DNA from: Myxococcota bacterium
GTDB lineage: Bacteria > Myxococcota_C > UBA6777
Direction of reading: 5' to 3'
Assembly (NCBI GenBank): GCA_023150835.1
Contig: JAKLKB010000138.1
Span: forward strand, 1 to 35,105
DNA length: 35,105 nt
In this document: positions 1-9,455 of the stretch, piece after piece
Numbering within the stretch: position 1 is the stretch's first letter
Layout of the letters: every line of letters starts with the position of its first letter
Notes under the pieces: generated by a model
What the model saw: only the letters and a program-made list of their open reading frames with translations
Told to the model about the DNA's origin: nothing
Databases searched by the model: none
Position numbers and translations under genes: made by a program

Positions 1-245
1 TATGGCAGGTTGCCGGACGGATAAGGCGAGGGCTGTGTTGTGTTGGGCGAGGTTGAAGCCACCTCGTCTGCTATGGCGGACGACAGCAAGACATCGGCTT
101 GTTTTCCGACCGCCATGTTGAAGTAAGTCAGGCAGGCAATCGCTGACCGTTCAGGGCATGGAACGCTATACTTGGGAATCCCCCACCACAACCTTTGAGA
201 CCTTGCGCAAGCAAGTCTCTTGGTTTGGTGGAGGGAGGATGTCAA
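1..245 (+). mobile_element. Probable right end / omegaRNA scaffold of an IS200/IS605-family (TnpB-type) element, truncated by the window edge
   Basis: Ends GGAATCCCCC...GGAGGGAGGATGTCAA with a subterminal hairpin (178-240) and a terminal TCAA (242-245), the typical IS605-type right-end layout. Several further hairpins lie upstream. It abuts a broken acyl-CoA synthetase P-loop. Confidence 0.7.
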
Positions 246-1335
246 ATCGGGTACAACGGGCTTTCCGAAAGCCGTCGTGCTAACCCACCACAACATCCTC
301 AACAACGGCTATTTTATCGGACAGGCGATGCGTTTCACCGACAAAGATCGTCTTTGTGTGCCGGTCCCCTTTTATCATTGTTTTGGGATGGTGGTTTCCA
401 ACTTGGCTTGTTTGACGCATGGTGCGGCGATCGTGGTTCCAGCGGATCACTTTGAAGCGGGCGCAACCCTCCATGCCATCGAGGTGGAACGCTGCACAGC
501 GGTTCACGGCGTGCCGACGATGTTTATTGCGGAGTTGGAAGAACTACAGAAAAAGCCTTATGATCTATCAAGCCTACGGACGGGGATTATGGCGGGTGCG
601 CCCTGTCCCGAAGTGATCGTGCGCCGTGTGATGGAAGAGATGGGCTGCCGCGAGATCTTGATCGCCTACGGCCAGACCGAAGCCTCGCCCGTCACCCACA
701 TCACATTGCCCGAAGATACGGTATCACGGCGTGCTGAGACGGTCGGAAGCAATATGCCGCACACCGAAGCCAAAGTCGTCGACACTCAAACAGGCGCGAT
801 CTTGCGTGTAGGAGAGACAGGCGAGATCTGTTTTCGCGGCTACCATGTGATGCGCGGTTATTTCCATCAGCCCGAAGCCACCGAAAAAACCATCGACGAA
901 GCAGGCTGGCTTCATTCGGGGGATCTCGGAGTGATGGATGGATCAGGTTATGTGCGGATCACAGGCCGCCTCAAAGATATGATCATCCGAGGTGGCGAAA
1001 ACATCTATCCTGCGGAGATCGAAGCGTTTTATCACAAACATCCCGACGTGGTCGATATCGCGGTGTTTGGTGTTCCTGACGAAAGGATGGGCGAAGAAGT
1101 CGGAGCGTGGGTGCGCGTCAAAGAAGAGGCTGCGGTCGATCCCGTGTGGTTGCGGGATTACGCCAAGGAGAAGATTGCGCACTTCAAGATCCCTCGGTAT
1201 ATCTGGTTTGTTCAAACCTATCCGATGACCGTCACAGGCAAGATCCAAAAGTACCGTATGCGCGAGATCACCCAAGGATGGTTTCAAACAGGCACGCAAC
1301 ACCAACCCGATAAACGAGGCGAGGCATGCAATTAG
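246..1335 (+). pseudogene. 3' part of an AMP-binding acyl-CoA synthetase, interrupted at the (YT)SGTTGxPK motif
   Basis: Motifs SGTTGFPK, YGQTE, GEICFRG, SGDLG, GRLKDMIIRGGENIYP and TGKIQK. The N-terminal part is missing, and the ORF-track start at 220 lies inside the IS-like end. Confidence 0.8.
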
Positions 1336-2114
1336 AAGGCTTTGTTGAGCAAGAGATGACTTTTTTGGGCGAGTCCCGCAGCGTCTTTGTTGGTGGAAAA
1401 GGCCCTGCGGTCATCGTGATCCACGAAGTACCCGGGATCCATCCCGGTGTTGCGGCGTTTGGACGGCGCGTGATCGAAACAGGATTCACGGTGTATATGC
1501 CCTCTTTGCTCGGAACACCCGGCAAAACCTTCGGTGCGTTGTACAGCTTGCAGTCGCTCACACGCGCTTGCATCTCCAAAGAGTTCACCGTCTGGGCCAC
1601 TCGTCAAAATAGTCCGATTACCGACTGGCTGCGTCAGTTGGCCAAACACGCCCACGAGCAATGTGGCGGAAAAGGGGTGGGGGCGGTGGGGATGTGCTTA
1701 ACAGGCGGTTTTGCCCTTGCGATGATGGTCGATGATATCTTGTTGGCCCCTGTTTTGAGCCAGCCTTCGCTGCCTTTCCCCATCACTTCGGCACAAAAGC
1801 GCGATCTGGGGATCGACGACAAGACGTTGGCGCGGATCAAAGAGCGCGTCAAGGAAGAAGATATCTGCGTGATGGGCTTGCGCTTCACCTCCGATCCGCT
1901 CGTACCCACCGCACGCTTTCAACGCCTGCGCGATGAACTCGGCGACAACTTTATCGGTGTAGAGATCGATTCTTCGGTCCAAAATCCCCACGGCATCAAA
2001 CGCACCGCACACTCCGTCCTCACGCTCGATCTCGTCGATCAGCCCGGACATCCCACCCACGACGCACTCCACCGCGTCCTCGAATTCTTTCAAGATCGCC
2101 TTCAATCCGCTTAA
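1326..2114 (+). CDS. Dienelactone hydrolase family protein (alpha/beta hydrolase)
   Basis: VIVIHEVPG, nucleophile elbow GMCLTGG and a C-terminal His (AHSVLT). GAGG RBS; overlaps the upstream gene end. Confidence 0.85.
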   Translation: MQLEGFVEQEMTFLGESRSVFVGGKGPAVIVIHEVPGIHPGVAAFGRRVIETGFTVYMPSLLGTPGKTFGALYSLQSLTRACISKEFTVWATRQNSPITDWLRQLAKHAHEQCGGKGVGAVGMCLTGGFALAMMVDDILLAPVLSQPSLPFPITSAQKRDLGIDDKTLARIKERVKEEDICVMGLRFTSDPLVPTARFQRLRDELGDNFIGVEIDSSVQNPHGIKRTAHSVLTLDLVDQPGHPTHDALHRVLEFFQDRLQSA

Positions 2115-2123
2115 AACTTCCTC

Positions 2124-2555
2124 TCAACGAACAGGAAAAGACGGATCCAACAGCTTAAAGGGGATGGGAAGTAGATCTGCGATGCGCACAGCACGCCCTA
2201 AACCGTTGGTGACGACCCATGCGTCGGGCGCGAGTTCAGCGATCCATTGCAAACATCCACCGCAAGGCATGGTATAGCCAACCAAAGGGCGGCCTGTTTC
2301 GTCGCGCAGCGCGTCAAGGCAGAAGATCGCGATACCGTCGATGTGTTGGACTCCGTGCATCTTGGCGTGTGATAGCGCAACCCGCTCGGCACAGATCCCG
2401 AGATTACTCGAAGCGTTCTCCACGTTGGCCCCGTGATAGATCTGGCCATTTGCGTACACGGCAGCCCCTACCCGATACTGCGAATACGGCGAGTACGAAC
2501 ATTCTTCTGCGGCTTTTTTTGCAGCTTCTAACAATTGCTCTTGAATCGGCTCCAT
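2124..2555 (-). CDS. cdd: Cytidine deaminase (homotetrameric type)
   Basis: SYSPYSQYRVGAA, GANVEN, CAERVAL and PCGGC zinc motifs. Start moved to ATG 2555, which follows a GGAG RBS. Confidence 0.88.
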   Translation of the reverse strand: MEPIQEQLLEAAKKAAEECSYSPYSQYRVGAAVYANGQIYHGANVENASSNLGICAERVALSHAKMHGVQHIDGIAIFCLDALRDETGRPLVGYTMPCGGCLQWIAELAPDAWVVTNGLGRAVRIADLLPIPFKLLDPSFPVR

Positions 2556-2754
2556 CGTATGCTCCATCCAACACTCCCACAACGGCGACTCTCCCACACG
2601 GATCCATCGCACCGCCAAGGCAGACCACCCCCTCCACGAAGGGGAAAAGGGGACGTAGCATACCACACGCTTTTTTCAGACCCAAGAAGAATAGGATGGA
2701 CCGCTCCATAAAAACCCCCGTGTTCGCGGCATTTCAAGCGGCAGAGTCGTCTGT

Positions 2755-2846
2755 TTGAAAACGCCTGATCACTCCGCCGATACGGGGTCAAGGGGTCCGC
2801 GACCCCTTGCAGGGCGTGGTACCTCGCCCCACAAAACCAACCCCAA
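2755..2846 (-). repeat. REP-like multi-hairpin element, copy A
   Basis: Hairpin CAAGGGG-TCGCGGA-CCCCTTG within about 90 nt that aligns with 7307-7401 in inverted orientation. Confidence 0.7.
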
Positions 2847-2878
2847 ACAAGTAATTCCTGTCCAGAGAAAACAGGGCG

Positions 2879-4792
2879 CTAGATCGCCACGTCCACTTCG
2901 TCGATCTCATAGGCGCGTTCTTTGATGAATTCGCCGCGAAAGCGGGCATCTTTACCCATCAGGTTTTCAAACAAGGCGTTGGTTTGGAGTTCGTCATCGA
3001 CAGAGACGCGAAGTAGCGTGCGTCTTCGCGGATCGAGCGTGGTTTGGCGAAGGATCTCGGGCATCATCTCTCCGAGGCCCTTAAAGCGTTGGATATCGAT
3101 CTTGGCATCGGGCGGGGCTTGCGACACCAGCCAGTCGCGTTGAGCGTCATCCAGCACCCAATGCACTTGCTTGTTGATCTCGATCCGATAGAGCGGAGGC
3201 TGGGCGATATACACATGGCCTTGATGCAGCAGTGTGGTCATGTGCCGATAAAAGAACGTCAGCAACAAAGTTGCGATGTGATGGCCGTCTGCGTCTGCAT
3301 CCATCAGCAAGATCACTTTGTGATACCGCAGATCTTCGAGACGAAAATGCTGGCCGACCCCGCATCCAAGGGCTTGCACGATATCGTTGAGTTCCTTGTT
3401 TTCGATCACCTTCTTCAGATCGGCATTTTCGGTGTTCATCACTTTTCCACGCAAGGGCAGGATGGCTTGGGTTTTGCGGTCGCGGCCCATCTTTGCGGAA
3501 CCACCGGCGGAATCGCCCTCAACGATAAAAAGCTCGCACTTGCTTGGATCGGACTCGGCGCAATCCGCGAGTTTTCCGGGCAGACTCAGCCGACGGGTGG
3601 GGCTTTGACGGCGAACCATCTGCGAGGCGGTGCGGGTGGCTTCACGGGCGCGTGCAGCCATCGAGATCCGCGCCACGATAGCGCGTGCGCTGGTGCTGTT
3701 TTCATTCAACCACTGCTCAAATGCCGAACGGGCGATGCCTTCGACAAGGGGTTGAATATCGACGTTGTTCAGGCGTTCTTTGGTTTGCCCTTGGAACTGT
3801 GGATCGGAGATATAGACGCTCAGCAAAGCGACCAAGCCTTCGCGGATATCTTCGGGGGTAAAGTTCGTCCCCTTGGGTTGGAGCTTGTGGAGGTTGACAT
3901 ATTGGCGGATCGCCTTGACAAGGGCGTTTTTGAGTCCGTTTTCATGCGTACCGCCTTGTTTGGTGGGGATGCCGTTGACAAAGCTGTGGAATTGCTCGTC
4001 CGTCCCTTCGGTCCAACACAGCGCGATCTCCATACGAAGCTCGCCGTCTCCTCGATAAGCAAAGATCCCTTCGTGCGAAGGTTTGCGCTCTTTTCGACCG
4101 ATCAAATGTTGCAAAAAGTCTTCGATCCCGCCCTCATGATGGAAGCGCTGTTCTTCGCCAGAAGCTTTATCGTGCCACAAGATCACCAAGCCGCGATGGA
4201 GATACGAGCGGATATTCAAGCGTTCGCGGATCAACAACGGATCCATCACAACGCCATCGTGAAAGATCTCAGGATCCGCATGAAAGGTAACTTCTGTGCC
4301 TGTCCCACGTAGATTTTTCTCGACCACCCGCAGATCGCCCTGCGCCAAGCCACGCGAAAAATGCTGTTCGTGCATCTTTCCATCGCGCTTGACACGCACA
4401 CACATCTTGTCCGAAAGCGCGTTGACCACCGAGATCCCAACGCCATGCAATCCCCCCGAATGGATGTAGTTTTGGCTACCAAACTTTCCGCCCGAGTGAA
4501 GGGTGCAAAGGATTAATTCGAGTGCAGGTTTTTTGTATTGTGGATGGATATCCACGGGGATACCGCGCCCGTTGTCTTGAACGGAGATCGTCTCACCATC
4601 GGTATGTAGCGTCACCTCGATGCGATCGGCGTGTCCATTGATCGCTTCATCCACCGCGTTGTCGACGATCTCCCAAAGCAGGTGGTGTAGGCCCGTTTTG
4701 TGTACGCCGCCGATGTACATACTCGGTCGCTTGCGTACAGCCTCCAAACCTTCGAGAACGACGATATCTTTTGCGCTATACGAGCTGCTCAT
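2879..4792 (-). CDS. parE: Type IIA DNA topoisomerase subunit B (ParE/GyrB family; topo IV-like)
   Basis: [21 protein letters not shown] (GHKL), GGLHGVG, EGDSAGG, PLRGK, DADADG (TOPRIM) and [11 protein letters not shown] 4792 overlaps the subunit A stop (ATGA). The parE versus gyrB label is inferred from the partner lacking a GyrA-box. Confidence 0.85.
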   Translation of the reverse strand: MSSSYSAKDIVVLEGLEAVRKRPSMYIGGVHKTGLHHLLWEIVDNAVDEAINGHADRIEVTLHTDGETISVQDNGRGIPVDIHPQYKKPALELILCTLHSGGKFGSQNYIHSGGLHGVGISVVNALSDKMCVRVKRDGKMHEQHFSRGLAQGDLRVVEKNLRGTGTEVTFHADPEIFHDGVVMDPLLIRERLNIRSYLHRGLVILWHDKASGEEQRFHHEGGIEDFLQHLIGRKERKPSHEGIFAYRGDGELRMEIALCWTEGTDEQFHSFVNGIPTKQGGTHENGLKNALVKAIRQYVNLHKLQPKGTNFTPEDIREGLVALLSVYISDPQFQGQTKERLNNVDIQPLVEGIARSAFEQWLNENSTSARAIVARISMAARAREATRTASQMVRRQSPTRRLSLPGKLADCAESDPSKCELFIVEGDSAGGSAKMGRDRKTQAILPLRGKVMNTENADLKKVIENKELNDIVQALGCGVGQHFRLEDLRYHKVILLMDADADGHHIATLLLTFFYRHMTTLLHQGHVYIAQPPLYRIEINKQVHWVLDDAQRDWLVSQAPPDAKIDIQRFKGLGEMMPEILRQTTLDPRRRTLLRVSVDDELQTNALFENLMGKDARFRGEFIKERAYEIDEVDVAI

Positions 4793-7272
4793 ACTTTTTC
4801 TCTCCACGCCCCATCAAACAACGCATGGTTTGCCGAGGAAGCCGACGAAGCGGGGGCAAGAAGATCTTCGGCAAAGGCATCGTGGCTTTGTTCGCGGCCA
4901 AACGAAGGCACCACCAAAGGCGGCGGGATCACGCGGGTCCATCCTTTGACGCGCTCTTTGATGCCGCGCCCATCGCGTTTTGCGATCAGATCAGGGATCG
5001 GTGTCAAAAAGGCTTCTTTGCCGCCTTGGATCTCCAAACGCAAGCCTTCGTCGGGGCGACGGCTGACTTCGCATGCAAACAACAGATCTCCCTCGTCCAT
5101 CCGCAACAAACGAACGCCCTTGCCCGCCGCGCCAAGGAACTTGACCTCTTCGAGAGGGAACATCAGGATGCGGGCTTGTTCAGATACCAAGATCAAGATC
5201 CCTTCGTTGCGCACAAGTCGCACCGCCAAGACCTGATCACCGCGTTCGAGGCGCGTATAACGCCGCCCATTTTTGTTTGAGGGTTCCACAAAAGGCTCCA
5301 AACTCAAACGCGAACCCTGCCCTTGTTGTGTGACGACCAACAGATGACTGTCGGGCATCGCCTCTTCGCCTTTGTGGGCGGGAGTGCGGATATCTCCGCA
5401 AAAGCGGGGATCAAGTGCGACGGCTCCGACCACGCGCTCGCCATCTTTGAACTTAAAGAGGCTTTGCAGCGGGGTTCCATAACCCGTCGTGGCTTGGACA
5501 TCCCAGATCCGCAGCGTGTAAGCCGTTCCATAGTTCGTAAAGAAACAGATGGATTCTTTCGTACTACCCGGGAAGATGCCCGATATCTCGTCGCTTTCAC
5601 GGACACGGATCGTTGCGATATCATTGATGGTGCGGATGCGCTTGATCCAACCGTCGCGGCTGAGGATCACGTGGCTGTCTTCATCTTGGATAAAGGCGTC
5701 GGGATCATACTCGACGCTCTTGTCTTCGCCGACGATACGGGTCTTTCGCTTGTCAGCGATGCGTTCACGGACAGCGACCATCTCTTCGCGCATGGTGGCG
5801 ATCATGCGTTCGCGGCTTGCGAGGATGGCTTCGATCTCAGCTGCTTTTTCGGCAAGTTGGCGGAGTTCATCGAGGATGGTGTTGATCTCAAGGCGCGAGA
5901 TCCGATACAGGCGGGTTTCAAGGATGGCTTCGGTTTGTTCGTCGCTGAGGCGAAAGTGTTTTTGAAGCTGATAACCTGCATCACGCCGCCCGTCTGCGTC
6001 GCGGATGATCTTAATAGCTCGATCGAGGTCGTTGAAGACGATCCGAAAACCGTCGAGGATGTGGATGCGCCGTTGGAGGCGTTCAAGCTCGCAACGCAGC
6101 CGTCGTTCGAGGACTTCGAGACGAAAAGCCATGAATTGTTCGAGCATCTCGCGCAAGGACAAGCGAGCAGGGGCGCAGACAAGGGGGTTGGGCGTGGGGA
6201 CGAGGACGGTCATGTTGACAGCGAAACGCTGCGAAAGTGGCGTATGTTTGTAGAGGTACGCCATGATCATCTCGGGATCTTGTTTGGCTTTGATCTCCAA
6301 GACGATGCGGATATCGACGGTGGATTCGTCACGGATATCGAGCAACATCGGGAGTTTTTTAGAGACGATCACGTCTGCGATCTTTTCAACGATCAAGGAT
6401 TTGTCGACGTTGTAGGGGATCGATGTGATGATGATGTGATCGATCTTCTTGTTTTCTTCGACTTCTTCGCGTTTCCATTCACCGCGCACGATCAGATTGC
6501 CGCTACCTTCTTGGTAGATCGCTTCCATCTCTTCGCGGGTGATGAGGATCTCACCGCCTGTGGGAAAGTCTGGGCCTTTGATCTTTTTCATCAGGTGACG
6601 GACGGTGCAATCAGGGTGATCGATCAGATGCAGCAAAGCATCGAGGACTTCGGTGGGGTTGTGGGGGGGGATGTTGGTGGCCATCCCGACGGCGATCCCC
6701 GAACAGCCGTTGACAAGAAGCTGAGGAAAACGCGCAGGCAAGACGACGGGTTCTTCTTGGGTTCCGTCGAAGTTGGGGCGCATCGTCACGGTTTCGAGCT
6801 TGAGTTCGTCCAAAAGCTCCAATGCAGCGGCCTGAAGGCGTGCTTCGGAATAACGCATCGCTGCGGCGCGATCCCCATCGATCGAACCAAAGTTGCCGTA
6901 TCCATCGACCAAAGGAACGCGCAGAACAAACGATTGGGCCATCCGCACCATCGCATCATAGATCGCGGTGTCACCGTGTGGATGGTACTTTCCCATCACG
7001 CTTCCAACGATGGTTGCGGACTTTCGGAACTTGGTGGAAGGAAGCAGCTTGAGATCATGGAACATCGAGAACAAGATGCGCCGTTGCACAGGCTTCAAAC
7101 CATCGCGAACATCGGGCAAGGCGCGGCTTGTCACAACACTCAACGCATAATTCAAATAGCGTTTCGACGTTTCTTCTTGGAGGGAAACGACTTTTACGCT
7201 GGGTTGCTCATATTCCATATCGAGCGCTAGGGCATCACCCGAAGGCGCCGATCTTCGACGCTTTGCAGTCAA
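4789..7272 (-). CDS. parC: Type IIA DNA topoisomerase subunit A (ParC/GyrA family; no GyrA-box)
   Basis: [28 protein letters not shown] catalytic Tyr, [22 protein letters not shown] and a beta-pinwheel CTD. TTG start with an AAGGAGG RBS. Confidence 0.85.
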   Translation of the reverse strand: MTAKRRRSAPSGDALALDMEYEQPSVKVVSLQEETSKRYLNYALSVVTSRALPDVRDGLKPVQRRILFSMFHDLKLLPSTKFRKSATIVGSVMGKYHPHGDTAIYDAMVRMAQSFVLRVPLVDGYGNFGSIDGDRAAAMRYSEARLQAAALELLDELKLETVTMRPNFDGTQEEPVVLPARFPQLLVNGCSGIAVGMATNIPPHNPTEVLDALLHLIDHPDCTVRHLMKKIKGPDFPTGGEILITREEMEAIYQEGSGNLIVRGEWKREEVEENKKIDHIIITSIPYNVDKSLIVEKIADVIVSKKLPMLLDIRDESTVDIRIVLEIKAKQDPEMIMAYLYKHTPLSQRFAVNMTVLVPTPNPLVCAPARLSLREMLEQFMAFRLEVLERRLRCELERLQRRIHILDGFRIVFNDLDRAIKIIRDADGRRDAGYQLQKHFRLSDEQTEAILETRLYRISRLEINTILDELRQLAEKAAEIEAILASRERMIATMREEMVAVRERIADKRKTRIVGEDKSVEYDPDAFIQDEDSHVILSRDGWIKRIRTINDIATIRVRESDEISGIFPGSTKESICFFTNYGTAYTLRIWDVQATTGYGTPLQSLFKFKDGERVVGAVALDPRFCGDIRTPAHKGEEAMPDSHLLVVTQQGQGSRLSLEPFVEPSNKNGRRYTRLERGDQVLAVRLVRNEGILILVSEQARILMFPLEEVKFLGAAGKGVRLLRMDEGDLLFACEVSRRPDEGLRLEIQGGKEAFLTPIPDLIAKRDGRGIKERVKGWTRVIPPPLVVPSFGREQSHDAFAEDLLAPASSASSANHALFDGAWREKV

Positions 7273-7306
7273 GAGACCTCCTTTGGATCACGATAAAATG
7301 GGCGAA

Positions 7307-7401
7307 TTGGGTTCTGTTTTGTGGGATTGGAACCCCACACCCCGCAAGGGATCTCGGCTCCCTTGGCCCCGTATTTGGCGAAGAGAGAACAGGTCTTTCA
7401 A
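7307..7401 (+). repeat. REP-like multi-hairpin element, copy B
   Basis: GTGGG-N8-CCCAC followed by CAAGGGA-TCTCGGC-TCCCTTG; homologous to the reverse complement of 2755-2846. Confidence 0.7.
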
Positions 7402-7422
7402 CTATTCGATCAGCACAGGGGT

Positions 7423-8106
7423 TTAGAGGTTGGGGATCTGCCAATCGATCGGGGTTTTTCCAGCGTCTCGGAGAGCATGGTTGATCGTCGAGAAGGGCTT
7501 GCTTCCGAAGAAGCCGTTGCTTGCGGACAAAGGCGACGGGTGGACGCCCTCAATCACGGTATGTTGGGGCGAGGTCACAAGAGCGGCTTTTTTCTTGGCG
7601 TATCCGCCCCACAGCAAAAAGACCACGCGGTCGGCCTTTTGATTGACTTTGTCGATCACGGCATCCAAAAACTTTTCCCATCCTTTGGACTTGTGCGAGT
7701 TGGGTTCGCTATCGCGGACGGTCAGGACGGCGTTGAGCATCAAGACGCCCTGTTGGGCCCAAGGCATCAAGTAGCCGTTGTTGGGGACATGACAACCGAG
7801 ATCGTCTTGGAGTTCTTTGTAGATATTTTTCAAAGAGGGAGGGGGTGTGATGCCGGGAGAGACGGAGAAACAAAGACCGTGTGCTTGCTTGGGTTGGTGG
7901 TAGGGATCTTGGCCGAGCAAAAAGACTTTGATGTTGTTGTAGGGCGTGGCATCGAGGGCAGCAAAGATCTGTTCGCGTGGAGGGTAGATGGTCTGGGTGT
8001 TGTATTCTTCTTCGACAAAGGCTTCAAGCGGCTTCCAGTACTTTTTGGAGAACTCATCAGCGAGAAGTGCGCGCCAATCGGCAGGGATCAAGTCTTGTAG
8101 GCTCAT
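7423..8106 (-). CDS. ung: Uracil-DNA glycosylase (family 1)
   Basis: GQDPYH, GLCFSV, PPSLKNI, GVLMLN, LLWG and HPSPLS motifs. ATG 8106 follows GGAG. Confidence 0.96.
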   Translation of the reverse strand: MSLQDLIPADWRALLADEFSKKYWKPLEAFVEEEYNTQTIYPPREQIFAALDATPYNNIKVFLLGQDPYHQPKQAHGLCFSVSPGITPPPSLKNIYKELQDDLGCHVPNNGYLMPWAQQGVLMLNAVLTVRDSEPNSHKSKGWEKFLDAVIDKVNQKADRVVFLLWGGYAKKKAALVTSPQHTVIEGVHPSPLSASNGFFGSKPFSTINHALRDAGKTPIDWQIPNL

Positions 8107-8240
8107 ATCGATCTCCATCGTCAGGATTTGGTTCACAAAAGAAGCCGAGATAGCGTAGCATGGTCAAATGCCAGATCGCGGCACGATCCTACAGCGCAGA
8201 TCAACGGACGATCCACACCTGCAAAAAAAAGGAGCCTCGA

Positions 8241-9293
8241 ATGTCTTTCACAGTCAACCAAGAAACACAAGACCGCGCCCTTGGGGCATTGCTTGGTGCT
8301 TGCGTGGGTGACGCAGCAGGAGCCGTCTTAGAGTTTTTAGGCCACAAACCAACCCACGCCGAAGTCCAACACGCGCTGACGATGCCGGGCGGAGGCGTGT
8401 GGGGCGTGAGTACTGGGCAGATCACTGACGACGGGGAGTTGATGCTCTGCCTCGCCCAAGCCTTGGAACAAGCACCGCATTTTTCGTTGGACACCATCGC
8501 GCAGATGTACGTGCGGTGGTACGAATCAAAGCCCTTTGATATCGGCAACACAACCAGCGCAGCGTTGGGGGCTTTGCGTCATCCACACTTTGCGAGCGTC
8601 GCGCAAGAACAAGGGATCGCTGCGGCGATCAGCGAATCTGCGGCCTCACAAAGCATGGGTTCCAAAGCCAACGGTGGCTTGATGCGTTGTATGCCGCTTG
8701 GGGTGTGGGGGTATGCGCTCGAAGAAAACACTTTGGCGAACTGCGCCGTCCAAGACACCGCACTGACGCACCCTCACCCCACATGCCAGTTCGCAACGGC
8801 GGTGTACTGTATCGCCTTGGCGCATCTTGTCCGAACACCCGACGATACAGAAGGCGCTTTTGCTTCTGCCGCCTCTTGGCTAAGCCAACAAGAACCCAGC
8901 CCCGAGATCCCAGCCTTGTACCGCGAAGCCCAACAAGAAGTCATGCGTTGGATGTATGAAGCCGCCGAAGGCAAGCTACCCGCCTTTCAGCCGATGGATG
9001 GGTTTGTGCGGATCGCTTGGACACACGCCTTCTACCACTTGCAACAACGCACCCCCTACGAAGAAGCCCTATACACGGTGCTTTTGGGCGGCGGAGATAC
9101 CGACACCAACGCTTGTATCACAGGCGGGCTTTTGGGAGCAGCCTACGGCGCACAAGCCTTACCTGTGTCCATGAAACAAGCTGTGCTGCAAAGTCCCGTC
9201 AATCCGCGTTATCCGCGTCCTGACTTCCTTCACCCTCGTCATGTCCCGCGTTATGTCGACGCGCTCTTGGCCCACGCCCCCACCTCTGTCTAA
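8241..9293 (+). CDS. ADP-ribosylglycohydrolase (DraG/ARH family)
   Basis: GDAAG, ITDDGE, FDIGNTT, NGGLMR, THPHP and GGDTDT. AGGAG RBS before ATG 8241. Confidence 0.9.
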   Translation: MSFTVNQETQDRALGALLGACVGDAAGAVLEFLGHKPTHAEVQHALTMPGGGVWGVSTGQITDDGELMLCLAQALEQAPHFSLDTIAQMYVRWYESKPFDIGNTTSAALGALRHPHFASVAQEQGIAAAISESAASQSMGSKANGGLMRCMPLGVWGYALEENTLANCAVQDTALTHPHPTCQFATAVYCIALAHLVRTPDDTEGAFASAASWLSQQEPSPEIPALYREAQQEVMRWMYEAAEGKLPAFQPMDGFVRIAWTHAFYHLQQRTPYEEALYTVLLGGGDTDTNACITGGLLGAAYGAQALPVSMKQAVLQSPVNPRYPRPDFLHPRHVPRYVDALLAHAPTSV

Positions 9294-9328
9294 TACGATA
9301 TCCGAGTGATGTGTGATCGAAGAGTCCT

Positions 9329-9366
9329 GCGTAGACGCCCTGTTATCGGGCAGCCTGCCCCTACGC
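9329..9366 (-). repeat. GTAG-type REP-like palindrome between convergent genes
   Basis: Minus strand GCGTAGGGGCAGGCTGCCC...CTACGC; resembles 31875-31899. Confidence 0.45.
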
Positions 9367-9455
9367 CTTTACGATCAGGATTTCGTACCACCCCACTTCT
9401 CTCTCGTCCCACGTCCCCCTCGCATCTCTTTGTCCACGCCCTTACATCGCCTTTG

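Noticed and set aside
1..245. Self-splicing intron (group I IStron or group II) in the synthetase
   Set aside because: The frame-restoring boundary ends in TCAA rather than the terminal G of group I introns, and no group II domain V/VI motif is visible. It cannot be fully excluded without upstream sequence.
220..1335. Intact 371-aa synthetase starting at TTG 220
   Set aside because: The first residues derive from the IS-like end, and the N-terminal region and the YT of the P-loop are missing.
3044..7230. Long plus-strand ORFs 3044-4312 and 5323-7230
   Set aside because: Antisense shadows of the topoisomerase genes with no motifs.
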